From Chitinophagales bacterium (GTDB lineage: Bacteria > Bacteroidota > Bacteroidia > Chitinophagales > Chitinophagaceae), in NCBI GenBank assembly GCA_038213975.1, contig JBBQSI010000001.1, positions 1 through 33,887 of the forward strand: DNA of 33,887 nucleotides. Direction: 5' to 3'. Made by a program: the position numbers and the translations under genes. Numbering within the stretch: the first letter of the stretch is position 1; each line of letters opens with the position of its first letter. Positions 9,231 to 18,460 of the stretch are shown piece after piece. The notes below the pieces were generated by a model. The model was not told the DNA's origin. It searched no databases and saw only the letters and a program-made list of their open reading frames with translations.

Positions 9231-10271
9231 CTATTTCCCTGCAGGCAGGTGTATTACAAACTTTGTGCCTTTACGCTCTTCCGTGTCCACAGTGATATCT
9301 CCCCCATGATTTCGAATAATTTCGTAGCTCAATGAAAGGCCAAGACCTGTGCCGGCGCCGGTAGGTTTAGTGGTAAAAAAAGGCTGAAAAATCTTACTCC
9401 TTACAGCTACCGGAATACCCGTACCGTTATCTCGTATACAGATCTGCACTTCTCCGCCAGTACGCATGGTGGTTATTTGCACCTCGGGATGGTATTCGCT
9501 GGTGCCAGCAGACTTTGACTTTTCCAGCACGGCATAAAAAGCGTTGTTAATCAGGTTGAGCATTACACGCCCCAGATCCTGCGTCACAACGCTGACCTTT
9601 CCGACAGCAGGGTCAAAATCGTTCTTCATCGTAGCGTTAAATGATTTATCCTTTGCTCGCATACCGTGGTAGGATAGACGCAGATATTCTTCCGCTAAAT
9701 GGTTGATGTCTACCAACTCCTTGTTCCCGCTATTGGAGCGCGAATGGATCAGCATATTTTTCACAATGCTGTCGGCCCGTTTTCCATGTTGTGCGATCTT
9801 TTTTTCATTTTCCCGGATGTTATCTAAAATGGAATCCGTTTCGGAAAAATCTTTCTTTAAAATAGCTGTCCGTAGCTCTTCGACCAGGTCAGCATTTATC
9901 TCGGAAAAATTATTGATAAAGTTTAAAGGGTTCTGTACTTCGTGGGCTATACCGGCGGTGAGTTCTCCAAGGGAAGACATTTTTTCTGATTGGATCAATT
10001 GATCCTGCATCACTTTCAAACTCTCAAGCGCTTGCTGCAGCGTATTGTCCCGGTTACGTTCATGTGAGGAAGCATTTGAATTTCCGACCGGGTTTGCATT
10101 TAACTTCTCCGACAGTATTTCGCTTTCGCTTGTCGCCTGTGCGAGGCTGTGGGTGAGAGACTCATTTTCCTTTTCAGCGATCGCCAGCAGTTCTTTGAGT
10201 TGCTCTTTCGTGCCAGGAGGAAAAGACTCCTTATCAAGTAACTCCGTTATTTTTTTGAAAATGGGATTCAC
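9231..10271 (-). CDS. Soluble histidine kinase with short helical N-terminus
   Basis: H-box TAGIAHEVQNPLNF, NLINNAFYA, DNGTG and FFTTKPTGAGTGLGLS; no TM segment; GTG start. Confidence 0.9.
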   Translation of the reverse strand: MNPIFKKITELLDKESFPPGTKEQLKELLAIAEKENESLTHSLAQATSESEILSEKLNANPVGNSNASSHERNRDNTLQQALESLKVMQDQLIQSEKMSSLGELTAGIAHEVQNPLNFINNFSEINADLVEELRTAILKKDFSETDSILDNIRENEKKIAQHGKRADSIVKNMLIHSRSNSGNKELVDINHLAEEYLRLSYHGMRAKDKSFNATMKNDFDPAVGKVSVVTQDLGRVMLNLINNAFYAVLEKSKSAGTSEYHPEVQITTMRTGGEVQICIRDNGTGIPVAVRSKIFQPFFTTKPTGAGTGLGLSLSYEIIRNHGGDITVDTEERKGTKFVIHLPAGK

Positions 10272-10859
10272 AGACGCCTGTAATTAGTTCTTGATTTCTG
10301 TTTGTAAATAGCAATCCGAATCAGTGTTCTCCATTTTATTCATACTCAATTTCGTGTTAGGCTGCCGGCTTGATTAGTTAAACATTTTTCAGTTACTTCT
10401 ATTTCACTCCGGCGTCGCAATCTCTCCTGCAGTTTTTCGTGTACCCGCAGCCGGTGCAATGTTATACCAGTTTTTTTTCTGCAAACAATTTCAGCAACCG
10501 CGCCATTGCAATGGATAGTATGCAAAACGATTCTTTCTGTTTCCTGCAAGGGGAAAGGCTAACCCTATGCATTGACAGCAACTATTGCGTTTGCGCTTAA
10601 AAACACCAAGGTAAAAAAATAAGTGGGTTAAAAAATTCTGTTATTCAAATAATAGTGCGAACCCATAGGATTAAATGCGCTTTTTCTTTTAGAACCGGAC
10701 TAATTGAGACCGTAATTTTACTGTAATATTCAAGCTAATAATTCCTGCCCATACGTTCATTAGCTTCATACATTGAGAGGAAAGCCGATTCATACATGTT
10801 TACGAAAGGCAATTAATCTGTCGAAAAATAATAAACTTGGGATTTGTCTTTTTCAAAAA

Positions 10860-11627
10860 TTATTTGTGTTGCCGGAAAAGCCATTGCATCATTAGCGGAT
10901 CGCTGTATGCGCCAAGCCAGGAAAAATGTCCCGACTCAGGATACTGCGTGAAAGCAGGATGGGCTCCCGCTTTGGTAAGTGCCTGAAACATGTCGAGCGA
11001 ATAAACTGGATCCACGGACGGATCTTCTGCCCCATGAAAAATCCAGATAGGGATATGCGCAACTTGTGCCGCTTTTGAAGTATCGCCACCTCCACATACC
11101 GGCACGGCAGCAGCAAAGAGACGGGGATATCTCTCCATGGCATCGTAGGTCCCAAACCCACCCATCGATAGGCCAGTGATATAAATTCTGTTTGTATCAA
11201 CCGGCATTTTTTTAACCAGCGTATCGATCAGTTGCCGCAACAACCTCATCGGTTTCGAAGCTTCCGGCTTCATGTGCATGACGGTGCTGTTTCTCTCCCG
11301 ATCTGCATTCCCCCATCCCATTTGTGGTGGGCATTGCGGGGCTATTACCAGCGCCGGAAACTTCATCATGTTTTCATCAGTTGCAAAATTCATCACGCCC
11401 CATTTCAATTGTGCCTCATTATCTGTACCTCGTTCGCCGGAGCCATGCAGGAAAATAACAAGCGGATACTTTCGCATCCTGTTAGCATCAGGAAATAGCT
11501 GGCGATACTTCAATGTATCCCCGTTTGGGCCAACAAAAGATTCCATGCTAAACCTTGAAGGTTGCGAAAACGAAAACTGGCTGAATCCTAAAGAGAGAAT
11601 AATAAAGATTAAAATATTTTGGAGCAT
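10860..11627 (-). CDS. Secreted alpha/beta hydrolase (predicted peptidase / phospholipase-carboxylesterase family)
   Basis: Signal peptide, PLVIFLHGSGERG, nucleophile motif GLSMGG, FHGAED and GH. Confidence 0.88.
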   Translation of the reverse strand: MLQNILIFIILSLGFSQFSFSQPSRFSMESFVGPNGDTLKYRQLFPDANRMRKYPLVIFLHGSGERGTDNEAQLKWGVMNFATDENMMKFPALVIAPQCPPQMGWGNADRERNSTVMHMKPEASKPMRLLRQLIDTLVKKMPVDTNRIYITGLSMGGFGTYDAMERYPRLFAAAVPVCGGGDTSKAAQVAHIPIWIFHGAEDPSVDPVYSLDMFQALTKAGAHPAFTQYPESGHFSWLGAYSDPLMMQWLFRQHK

Positions 11628-11800
11628 GACGGTAACTTTATTAATTGATCTGTTTTTTTAAAGTTAGATTTTAATGTGAAAACAACCGGGGGAAAATGAT
11701 GATCTCAATTTAGATAGCTTCATTTTGAAACAATTCAACGGAAATTGTTTACCTGCTCACAATTTTGCCTGTCTCAACACTATTTACCTGCAGGAATAAA

Positions 11801-11808
11801 TAGCTTTG
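11801..11808 (+). promoter_or_regulatory. Bacteroidota sigma70 -7 element (TAGCTTTG)
   Basis: Exact TAnnTTTG match 52 nt upstream of the 11861 ATG. Confidence 0.5.
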
Positions 11809-11860
11809 AACATCGTTAATTAACTGCAGCACTTACTACACGGTCGGGATATTTTCAGCT

Positions 11861-14800
11861 ATGGCACAAAACCAAAGAAAAATTCGCAGGCATATTACAC
11901 GGGGGTTGCTGATAGCTGCTGGCTTATTCATTATCACTACTGCGGGGGCTTATATTTGGTTCATTCGGAATGCGAACAGTCTACTAATCAATTTGGTGAA
12001 TGAAAAGTCCAAAGGCAAATTCGCCCTTGAACTTTCTAAAGTAACCTTCAACATCTTTTCGCGGGAAGTAAAAATTTTTGACGCAAAAATTTTCAATACA
12101 TCCCAGGGCTCTCCCAGCATTACGTATAACGTAGCTTTCAGCCGGGTAAATATTACCACCAATTCTTTATGGTCTGCCTTTTTAAGCCGGAAGCTGGAAG
12201 TGCGCACCATTAAAATGGTCAACCCGCTCATAGAAGTAATGGATTGGGGACAGCGAGACTCGACCACCCACGATGAACTTTCGCTGGGGTTGCAGCTTGG
12301 CAAGCTATATCATACCGCGGACAATGCGATCACATCGCTCAATACAAGATCTATTTCGTTGGAAAATGCACGGATAATATTAATAAACAAGGCCGAGCCC
12401 GATAAAAAGCCGCTTGAGTTTTCAAATATTTTTTTTACGCTGCGACGGCCTGCAACGAATTTGGGTCCGGGCTATAATATAAACAACATACTATTTAAGT
12501 CTAGCGACCAGGACCTGACGCTGAGTGATGGCATTCATAAACTTCAGTTTCGCAACCTGTCTATTCAGAACGGTAAAAATATCTTCCTCGACAGTTGCAC
12601 TATTTATGCCTTGCCGAAAGTAGAGAATGGAAACAGTTTCAATATTCATTTTGTAAAGCTGGCACTTATTGGGGTTGATTTCGATGCACTTTACAAGAGT
12701 GACCTCATCCGTGCCGACTCGGTATATTGCGACAAGCCCTCTGCATATTTTTTTGTGAATAATGCGATCGGGGAAAGAAAAAAAATCTCACTCGATTTTG
12801 ATGAACCGGGTAAATTGGTGGAAGATTTTGCCGGCAACCTTGATCTTGGCTTCCTCGGGGTGAATGACGGAAATATTGTTTTCAAAATAAGAGAGAACAA
12901 AACACAATCGAACTTTACTTCCGGTAAAGTAAATTTTCAAATTAATAAGCTACGGGTAAATCCTGCGGTTCCTGTTCCTGTAACGCTGAGCTCTTTCGAT
13001 ATGCTTATCAATGGATACCAGCTTTATAATGCGGACAGCTCCTGCGTGTACACTTTCGACAGCATTCGATTTGCAAATGACAAATTATTGTTGAATAATT
13101 TTTCTGTGCACACAGCGTCGAACGTCAACCATTTAAGAAACTACCGGAATTTTACAGTACCCTATTTTGAACTTGCGGATGTAGACTGGCCAGAATTAAT
13201 TTTCCGGCAAAATATCCGGGCAAAAAAAGCCTTGCTGCGGGAACCGACATTTAATTTTCGCCAGTTAACAACCCAATCAAAGAACGCCCGCACACCCATC
13301 TTCAATGCAAGTCACACTTTTGATGATTTCATGCAGATTGACATTCTTAAAGTAGAGAATGGAAAGGTGAATATTCATTGGAACAATTCAAATTCTTTTC
13401 AGTTGGAAGGATTTAACGTCACGCTCTTTGGTGATAATATTACAGACTACAAGCACGTAAAGCAGCGGGACATTCAATCGCTTTTTTTTACCGCCGGGTA
13501 CTTGAATGCCGGTGGCCTCGAAGCGAGATTGCAGGATATCACTTTTAATTCGGATAACCGAATTACTGCCGCAAATCTCTTCATCAATAAAAGCGATGGC
13601 GCCATCGAAGCAAGCATGTCCCAAATCTCGATAGATAACATTTATACCGGCGTGAACTATGATGAACTCATATTAGACCAATTAAAGTGGAAAGATGGCA
13701 GGGTGGTCATACATGCCTTTCCCCAGGGAGGAAAGAAAAACCGAAAGTCTTCCCTTCTCATAAAAAATATTTCCGGAAACCAAACACAGTTTGAGTATGA
13801 GCGCAAGGCCGTCACAGCAAAGGCTTTCCTGACAGATATCGATATCACCGAATTGGAAAAAGATGAGGCTGGTCCGTTTGATATCAAAGGGCTCACGGTA
13901 TCCGGCAGGAAGCTGGGGTTTGCAAAGGAATCAATGAAACTGGCGGCTGATAGTTTCCACCTCGATAATTCATCGCAGCAATTCCGAAATCTAACGTTTG
14001 AGAAAAAGGACTCTGTAAATACGATTGTCATGCAGATTCCAACACTTTCTATAAAAAAAGACATTGAAGGATACTTAAAAAATGATCAGCACTTTGACGA
14101 TATCGTGATGCTGGCGCCAAAAATTTCCTTTATTGGCAAAGCTGATGGCGGAAAACAACAAGGCAAGGATTCTATGCAACTAACTGTTGGGCGAATAAGG
14201 CTGGCGCAGCCAAAGTTAGATATCCGCATAGATAAGCAAAATATCTCCAACCAGGTCTCGATTCCCGGCGATGACGACGGGAATATTGAAGCGGAGCGTA
14301 TAACTCTTCAACTTAACGAATTTAAGATTGGCTCACTCTCTATTGAGACCCGTAATATAAAAGGCTCTTTCAATGAAAAGGATTTTATCATCGACGCACA
14401 ATTTAAATTACAGGCAAACAATATAAAAGTTGCAAGGAGCGGTGCGCCTTCGTGGGATGCTAATATCTCTTCATTAATCTTAAAAAACAAAGCAGACTTT
14501 CAGTTCAAAACGAAGACAAATACCCTCCAGGTGGAAGATATCCGGGCGGGAAATATCAGCCTCCATTCTTCTTTTATGAGGGACAAGACGGAATTATTAA
14601 AAGCAAATACCAGGGCGTGGATAAATACCACTTCCGGGAAATTAGCAACAAAAAAAGCCTCGCTCGATTTTTCAAATGCTGCTTACAATGCCTCAGAAAA
14701 AATATTGAGTTTGTCTTCCTTCTCCGTAAAGCCGTTAAAATCCCGAGACGAAATCATTGGAGCCAGTGCCTATCAAACAGATTATATTACTGTCAAATCA

Positions 14801-15652
14801 GGCGCGGTAAAGCTTTTAGGTTTTGACCTGGAAAATTTTGTGAATGATGATTCACTTTTTATTCAAAAAGCCAGCATCACGTCGCCCGCGTTGTCTGTTT
14901 TTAGAGACAGGAAACCTCCCTATCTTGAAGGTGATCGAAAAGAATTTTTCACTGAACAAATAAAAAATATAGCGTTTCCCATTTACGTAAAGCAGGTAGA
15001 AATTAACAATGGTGAAGTGACATATACAGAGAAAAATAAAGACAACAGGCTGGAGGGAACACTGTTGCTGTCTGCCGTAAACGGACACGTTAAGAACATA
15101 AAAAATTATCGGTTGAACAACAATGACAGCCTTTCCTTTTCTTTCGCCGGGAAGCTTTTAGACGAAGCTGGATTTAAGGTACAGCTCCGGCAATCCTACA
15201 CCGATCCGCTTTCAACTTTTAACATGAGTGTATCCGTGGATCCTTCAAATCTTATTTTTTTAAACCAGTTACTGGCGCCCCTTTCAAGCCTGGAATTTAA
15301 ATCCGGAAAAATTGATAAACTTGAGATGACCGCCACAGGGAATGAAAACATCGCAACCGGGGAAATGAATTTTTATTATCAGGGTCTGCGTGTAAGGCTG
15401 CTAAAAAATGGCGGCCTTGATTCTTCAAGATTTATAAAGCCCGCAGAAAGTGCTTTGATAAATGCTTTCATCGTCCGAAAGCAAAACGCTGACAGGAAAG
15501 GCCTGGTGTTTTTTAAACGGATAAAGGATCGCTCTTTTTTTAACTACATGAACAACATCTTAATGTCTGGCATAATTACGAGCGTAGGTGCAAAAGGGAA
15601 TAAGAATTATCAAAAGCAACTTTCGAAATATCGGCATGCTGCAAAAAAATAA
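11861..15652 (+). CDS. Large membrane-anchored beta-rich hypothetical protein (possibly AsmA/DUF748-like)
   Basis: 1263-aa ORF with one N-terminal TM helix followed by long alternating-hydrophobic beta-strand patterns and a C-terminal R...RSFFNY...SGI...VG segment. The family call is tentative. Confidence 0.6.
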   Translation: MAQNQRKIRRHITRGLLIAAGLFIITTAGAYIWFIRNANSLLINLVNEKSKGKFALELSKVTFNIFSREVKIFDAKIFNTSQGSPSITYNVAFSRVNITTNSLWSAFLSRKLEVRTIKMVNPLIEVMDWGQRDSTTHDELSLGLQLGKLYHTADNAITSLNTRSISLENARIILINKAEPDKKPLEFSNIFFTLRRPATNLGPGYNINNILFKSSDQDLTLSDGIHKLQFRNLSIQNGKNIFLDSCTIYALPKVENGNSFNIHFVKLALIGVDFDALYKSDLIRADSVYCDKPSAYFFVNNAIGERKKISLDFDEPGKLVEDFAGNLDLGFLGVNDGNIVFKIRENKTQSNFTSGKVNFQINKLRVNPAVPVPVTLSSFDMLINGYQLYNADSSCVYTFDSIRFANDKLLLNNFSVHTASNVNHLRNYRNFTVPYFELADVDWPELIFRQNIRAKKALLREPTFNFRQLTTQSKNARTPIFNASHTFDDFMQIDILKVENGKVNIHWNNSNSFQLEGFNVTLFGDNITDYKHVKQRDIQSLFFTAGYLNAGGLEARLQDITFNSDNRITAANLFINKSDGAIEASMSQISIDNIYTGVNYDELILDQLKWKDGRVVIHAFPQGGKKNRKSSLLIKNISGNQTQFEYERKAVTAKAFLTDIDITELEKDEAGPFDIKGLTVSGRKLGFAKESMKLAADSFHLDNSSQQFRNLTFEKKDSVNTIVMQIPTLSIKKDIEGYLKNDQHFDDIVMLAPKISFIGKADGGKQQGKDSMQLTVGRIRLAQPKLDIRIDKQNISNQVSIPGDDDGNIEAERITLQLNEFKIGSLSIETRNIKGSFNEKDFIIDAQFKLQANNIKVARSGAPSWDANISSLILKNKADFQFKTKTNTLQVEDIRAGNISLHSSFMRDKTELLKANTRAWINTTSGKLATKKASLDFSNAAYNASEKILSLSSFSVKPLKSRDEIIGASAYQTDYITVKSGAVKLLGFDLENFVNDDSLFIQKASITSPALSVFRDRKPPYLEGDRKEFFTEQIKNIAFPIYVKQVEINNGEVTYTEKNKDNRLEGTLLLSAVNGHVKNIKNYRLNNNDSLSFSFAGKLLDEAGFKVQLRQSYTDPLSTFNMSVSVDPSNLIFLNQLLAPLSSLEFKSGKIDKLEMTATGNENIATGEMNFYYQGLRVRLLKNGGLDSSRFIKPAESALINAFIVRKQNADRKGLVFFKRIKDRSFFNYMNNILMSGIITSVGAKGNKNYQKQLSKYRHAAKK

Positions 15653-15663
15653 AAATAATATTC

Positions 15664-15864
15664 ATGCATCGGGTTGCTTTTATTTCAGACTTACACCTCG
15701 AGGAGGAATATCCGCAGGAAAATAACGTGGAGACCGAAACTAATTGGAGCGTGATATTGCAAGATCTGGAGATTGAGAAAATTATGGAAATTGTTATCGG
15801 TAGTGATCTGGGAACTACCGCTTCGCATCAGAAGGTTTTTGCTTCCCAGGGACGGAAGAACTAG
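15664..15864 (+). pseudogene. N-terminal fragment of a calcineurin-like metallophosphoesterase (CpdA-like)
   Basis: AFISDLHL (motif I) and IVIGSDLG (motif II-like). Stops at 66 aa before the GNHD motif. Confidence 0.6.
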
Positions 15865-15995
15865 TCGGTCGGATACTTCCTTTTTGATATTGTAACATCT
15901 GATCACCGGTAATTTTCTTCAAGATATCTTCCGAAGCCGAAAAAGGAAGACTGGCAAATCCATATAAAGTCTCTGTATTTATTCACTAAGAATAA

Positions 15996-17216
15996 TTACA
16001 CCGCATCGAAATATTTTGAAGCGATGAGAAATGCAATTACTGATATTACCAGGCCGAACATAAAAACATTGTAGGAGATCTTAAGCATCCTGTATTTCTT
16101 TGCAAGAACGACACCTTGTTCGTACAAGTTTCTTAAAAGTTGTAAATACAGTTGTTTCTTATCAGTCATCAGGTGGAGCATGTGCTCACTGTATTCATCA
16201 AAATGCAGCGAGAAAAAATTGCCGAAAAATAGCATGTTAGTCTTTTCCGGTTCAAGTGTGCTGCCCGAAAAGGTTATCTTTTTCACATTGGGGCGGGTGG
16301 CAAGTATGGCAAAAATGATCGTCGTCAGATTTACTGCGAGTAGCAGACCGGTAGGAATTGCAAGCGCCTTATAAGAGTCAATTTTTCTAACCACAATACC
16401 CAGGATCAACGAGACAATAATTGTATTTACCGAGATCATAATGTGCGCCTTGGCATCAGCCTGGCTGCTTAGCCGCTGGCTGTTAGCTGACGTAGTTCGA
16501 AACATTGTCTCGATCGTTCTGTCAGGTAAATCACCCTTTGATTGTTGTTTGTCTTTAGCTGGCTTCACTTCTTCCGGACGGGAAGAGAAGGTAGCATCTA
16601 AAGACGCGGCAGGAAGTATCGGCATTGGCTGTATCTTTCTCAATTTTTTCAGGTTTTTTTCCTTGGTAGGCTGCAGCACTGTTTTGCAATAGTCTGTATA
16701 GAAGTGATGTTGCTCCATTCGAATGATCATTCTGCCGATCCAGTTAGCCGCGTCAAATTCTTTTTCGCTGAGCAGCGCTTCTTCGGTACGCCATAGTTTG
16801 CTGTAAGCTTTGAACTCCGGCATACCATAAATGAAAGTAGCCGTATCGCAAAGCGCTTCTGCCGGTTTTGAGCCCGCAGGCTGAAAAGAAGCTGGTGCAA
16901 GCAAACATGACTTTATGCTTTCAAGGTCTGCCGGCTCAATGCCAAGATCTTTTAAAAACTTATCTGCCAGGTGAACGCCCGTTAGGTCCGGATCTTTTGG
17001 GTTCTTGTAATATCCGAGATCGGAGAACCAGGTAGCCGTTAAAAGTATAAAGCGGTTTTGTTCATCCAGTTGTTCGTGGTCGGCGATGCGGGAGGCAACA
17101 GCCACCTTGTTTGTTGTATAAGCAAAATTATGGAAGACAAGCCTGGGGTCAGCATGCTTGCGCATGTATTTTGAAATAAGGAATTCCACCTGCTGCAGGA
17201 GTTGCTCGTAATTCAT
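15996..17216 (-). CDS. Degenerate HD domain fused to DUF5706 (Pycsar effector-like) membrane domain
   Basis: C-terminus has IETMFRTT..N..RLS..AD.KA.IMISVN, NMLFFGNF, LY.QG.VL.KKY..L...YNVFM and three TM helices. N-terminus resembles an HD domain with FHNFAYT, WFSDLGY and LCDTAT. Confidence 0.85.
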   Translation of the reverse strand: MNYEQLLQQVEFLISKYMRKHADPRLVFHNFAYTTNKVAVASRIADHEQLDEQNRFILLTATWFSDLGYYKNPKDPDLTGVHLADKFLKDLGIEPADLESIKSCLLAPASFQPAGSKPAEALCDTATFIYGMPEFKAYSKLWRTEEALLSEKEFDAANWIGRMIIRMEQHHFYTDYCKTVLQPTKEKNLKKLRKIQPMPILPAASLDATFSSRPEEVKPAKDKQQSKGDLPDRTIETMFRTTSANSQRLSSQADAKAHIMISVNTIIVSLILGIVVRKIDSYKALAIPTGLLLAVNLTTIIFAILATRPNVKKITFSGSTLEPEKTNMLFFGNFFSLHFDEYSEHMLHLMTDKKQLYLQLLRNLYEQGVVLAKKYRMLKISYNVFMFGLVISVIAFLIASKYFDAV

Positions 17217-17263
17217 TTAGATGGTATTTCAGTATAAAAACGCAAGCAAGGATGGTAGCCAGG

Positions 17264-17650
17264 CTACTTCATATAAAACTCCCATTGTATCCGGTCAGGA
17301 TCCTTGAATGCTACATAATTTTTTTGCAGGGTGTCATCCAGTTTTACGCCTGTATTTTCAACACCTGCTTCGTGAAGTTCCTGAGCAACCCGTTGCAATT
17401 CTTCCTCCGATTCGCAGGCAAGTGCCAGGTGGTCAAGTCCAATATTAAAAGGCGTGAAATATTCCCCTGTTCTTACCTGGGCTTTTTTAAACGCAAGAAT
17501 CAGCGACCCTGCTTTGAAGGCTATGATGTCCGGTGAATCGAGAGCCAACTGGAAACCGAGGATATCCCGGTAAAAGTTTTTTGTCTTTTCAAAATCGGTG
17601 GAGCGAAGAGCTACATGATGCAGCCCTTCAGTTTTAGGATTGATCGGCAT
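17264..17650 (-). CDS. VOC family (glyoxalase/bleomycin resistance) protein
   Basis: GLHHVALR, FYRDILG, GLDHLAL and FKDPDRIQWEF motifs. Start placed at MPINPK (17650); the ORF extends to 17683. Confidence 0.9.
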   Translation of the reverse strand: MPINPKTEGLHHVALRSTDFEKTKNFYRDILGFQLALDSPDIIAFKAGSLILAFKKAQVRTGEYFTPFNIGLDHLALACESEEELQRVAQELHEAGVENTGVKLDDTLQKNYVAFKDPDRIQWEFYMK

Positions 17651-17740
17651 TAAAAATATTTTTATGAAAAATTTTTCGTTCATTTTTCCGCAGAGAAATC
17701 TCTGCCTGATCGTACTCTTTTCTGTCGCAACGCCGACCCT

Positions 17741-18277
17741 CTATGCCGGCGGCGAGGGGTTAAGGTTTTTTAACGCCAGCATGTTGGCAGAAAATCCACG
17801 TGATAGTGTTTTTGGTCCATCAAGTGATGCATCCAGGCCACTGCTGTAAAACACTTTATACTCAATATACCCGTCGTATTCGTCATCGCCATGTGTGGGC
17901 CATAAGAACAAGTAAGGGTAATCGTTAGTGTCAATATCTACATTCAGATCATCTCGGCGAAGTTTCAAATTGCCAAAATGCGTGGTGATACCCTTATCGC
18001 CGATCTCTACATTGTGATACGCTTCCGGGCTTTCGCTTTTCACAAAAAAATCCGGGTTAGAAATCTCTTCAGATTTTCTGCCGGAGAAATGCTTGTATGC
18101 CACCAGGCGGAGACTGTGATTATTGTCTCCAAATTTTCGCACAGCCTGGCTGAATGTGAAAGTGATACCATCTACGTCCTTATCCATAAGGATAGACTTT
18201 AGAACAGCCGTGTCTATCACCATCACCTTGTATTTCAACATGGCACTTTCGTTTGTGGTTTTAGACTCCGTTTGCAT
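17741..18277 (-). CDS. Hypothetical protein with C-terminal NPSPPA
   Basis: 178-aa ORF co-oriented with its neighbours, with AT-rich leader and no signal peptide. Confidence 0.7.
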   Translation of the reverse strand: MQTESKTTNESAMLKYKVMVIDTAVLKSILMDKDVDGITFTFSQAVRKFGDNNHSLRLVAYKHFSGRKSEEISNPDFFVKSESPEAYHNVEIGDKGITTHFGNLKLRRDDLNVDIDTNDYPYLFLWPTHGDDEYDGYIEYKVFYSSGLDASLDGPKTLSRGFSANMLALKNLNPSPPA

Positions 18278-18460
18278 AATACATACTTTAGTTTTTAGTA
18301 AATGACACCATACATCTTCAAAAAAATTGAAGGAGGCATACTTTCATAGCAGGGCAGTCAGAGACGAGAGAGTTAAAAATTGCCGGCGGTTTTTCAGAGG
18401 TATTTTCCGAATATACCACGATTACAGAAAATTGCAAAGATGCTCCGAAGTTGTTGCAAA

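Noticed and set aside
6600-9400. Three similar DNA segments suggesting a repeat element
   Set aside because: They are the conserved F/G2 boxes of paralogous kinases and differ at synonymous positions.
10290-10859. 570-bp intergenic region and the 67-aa ORF in it as a possible ncRNA or small gene
   Set aside because: No recognisable RNA family, repeat or protein motif by eye; an Rfam/Infernal search would be needed.
5089-17216. Canonical Pycsar anti-phage system
   Set aside because: The cyclase is REC-fused, has adenine-type specificity residues and lies about 10 kb from the DUF5706 gene, which has no cNMP-binding domain.
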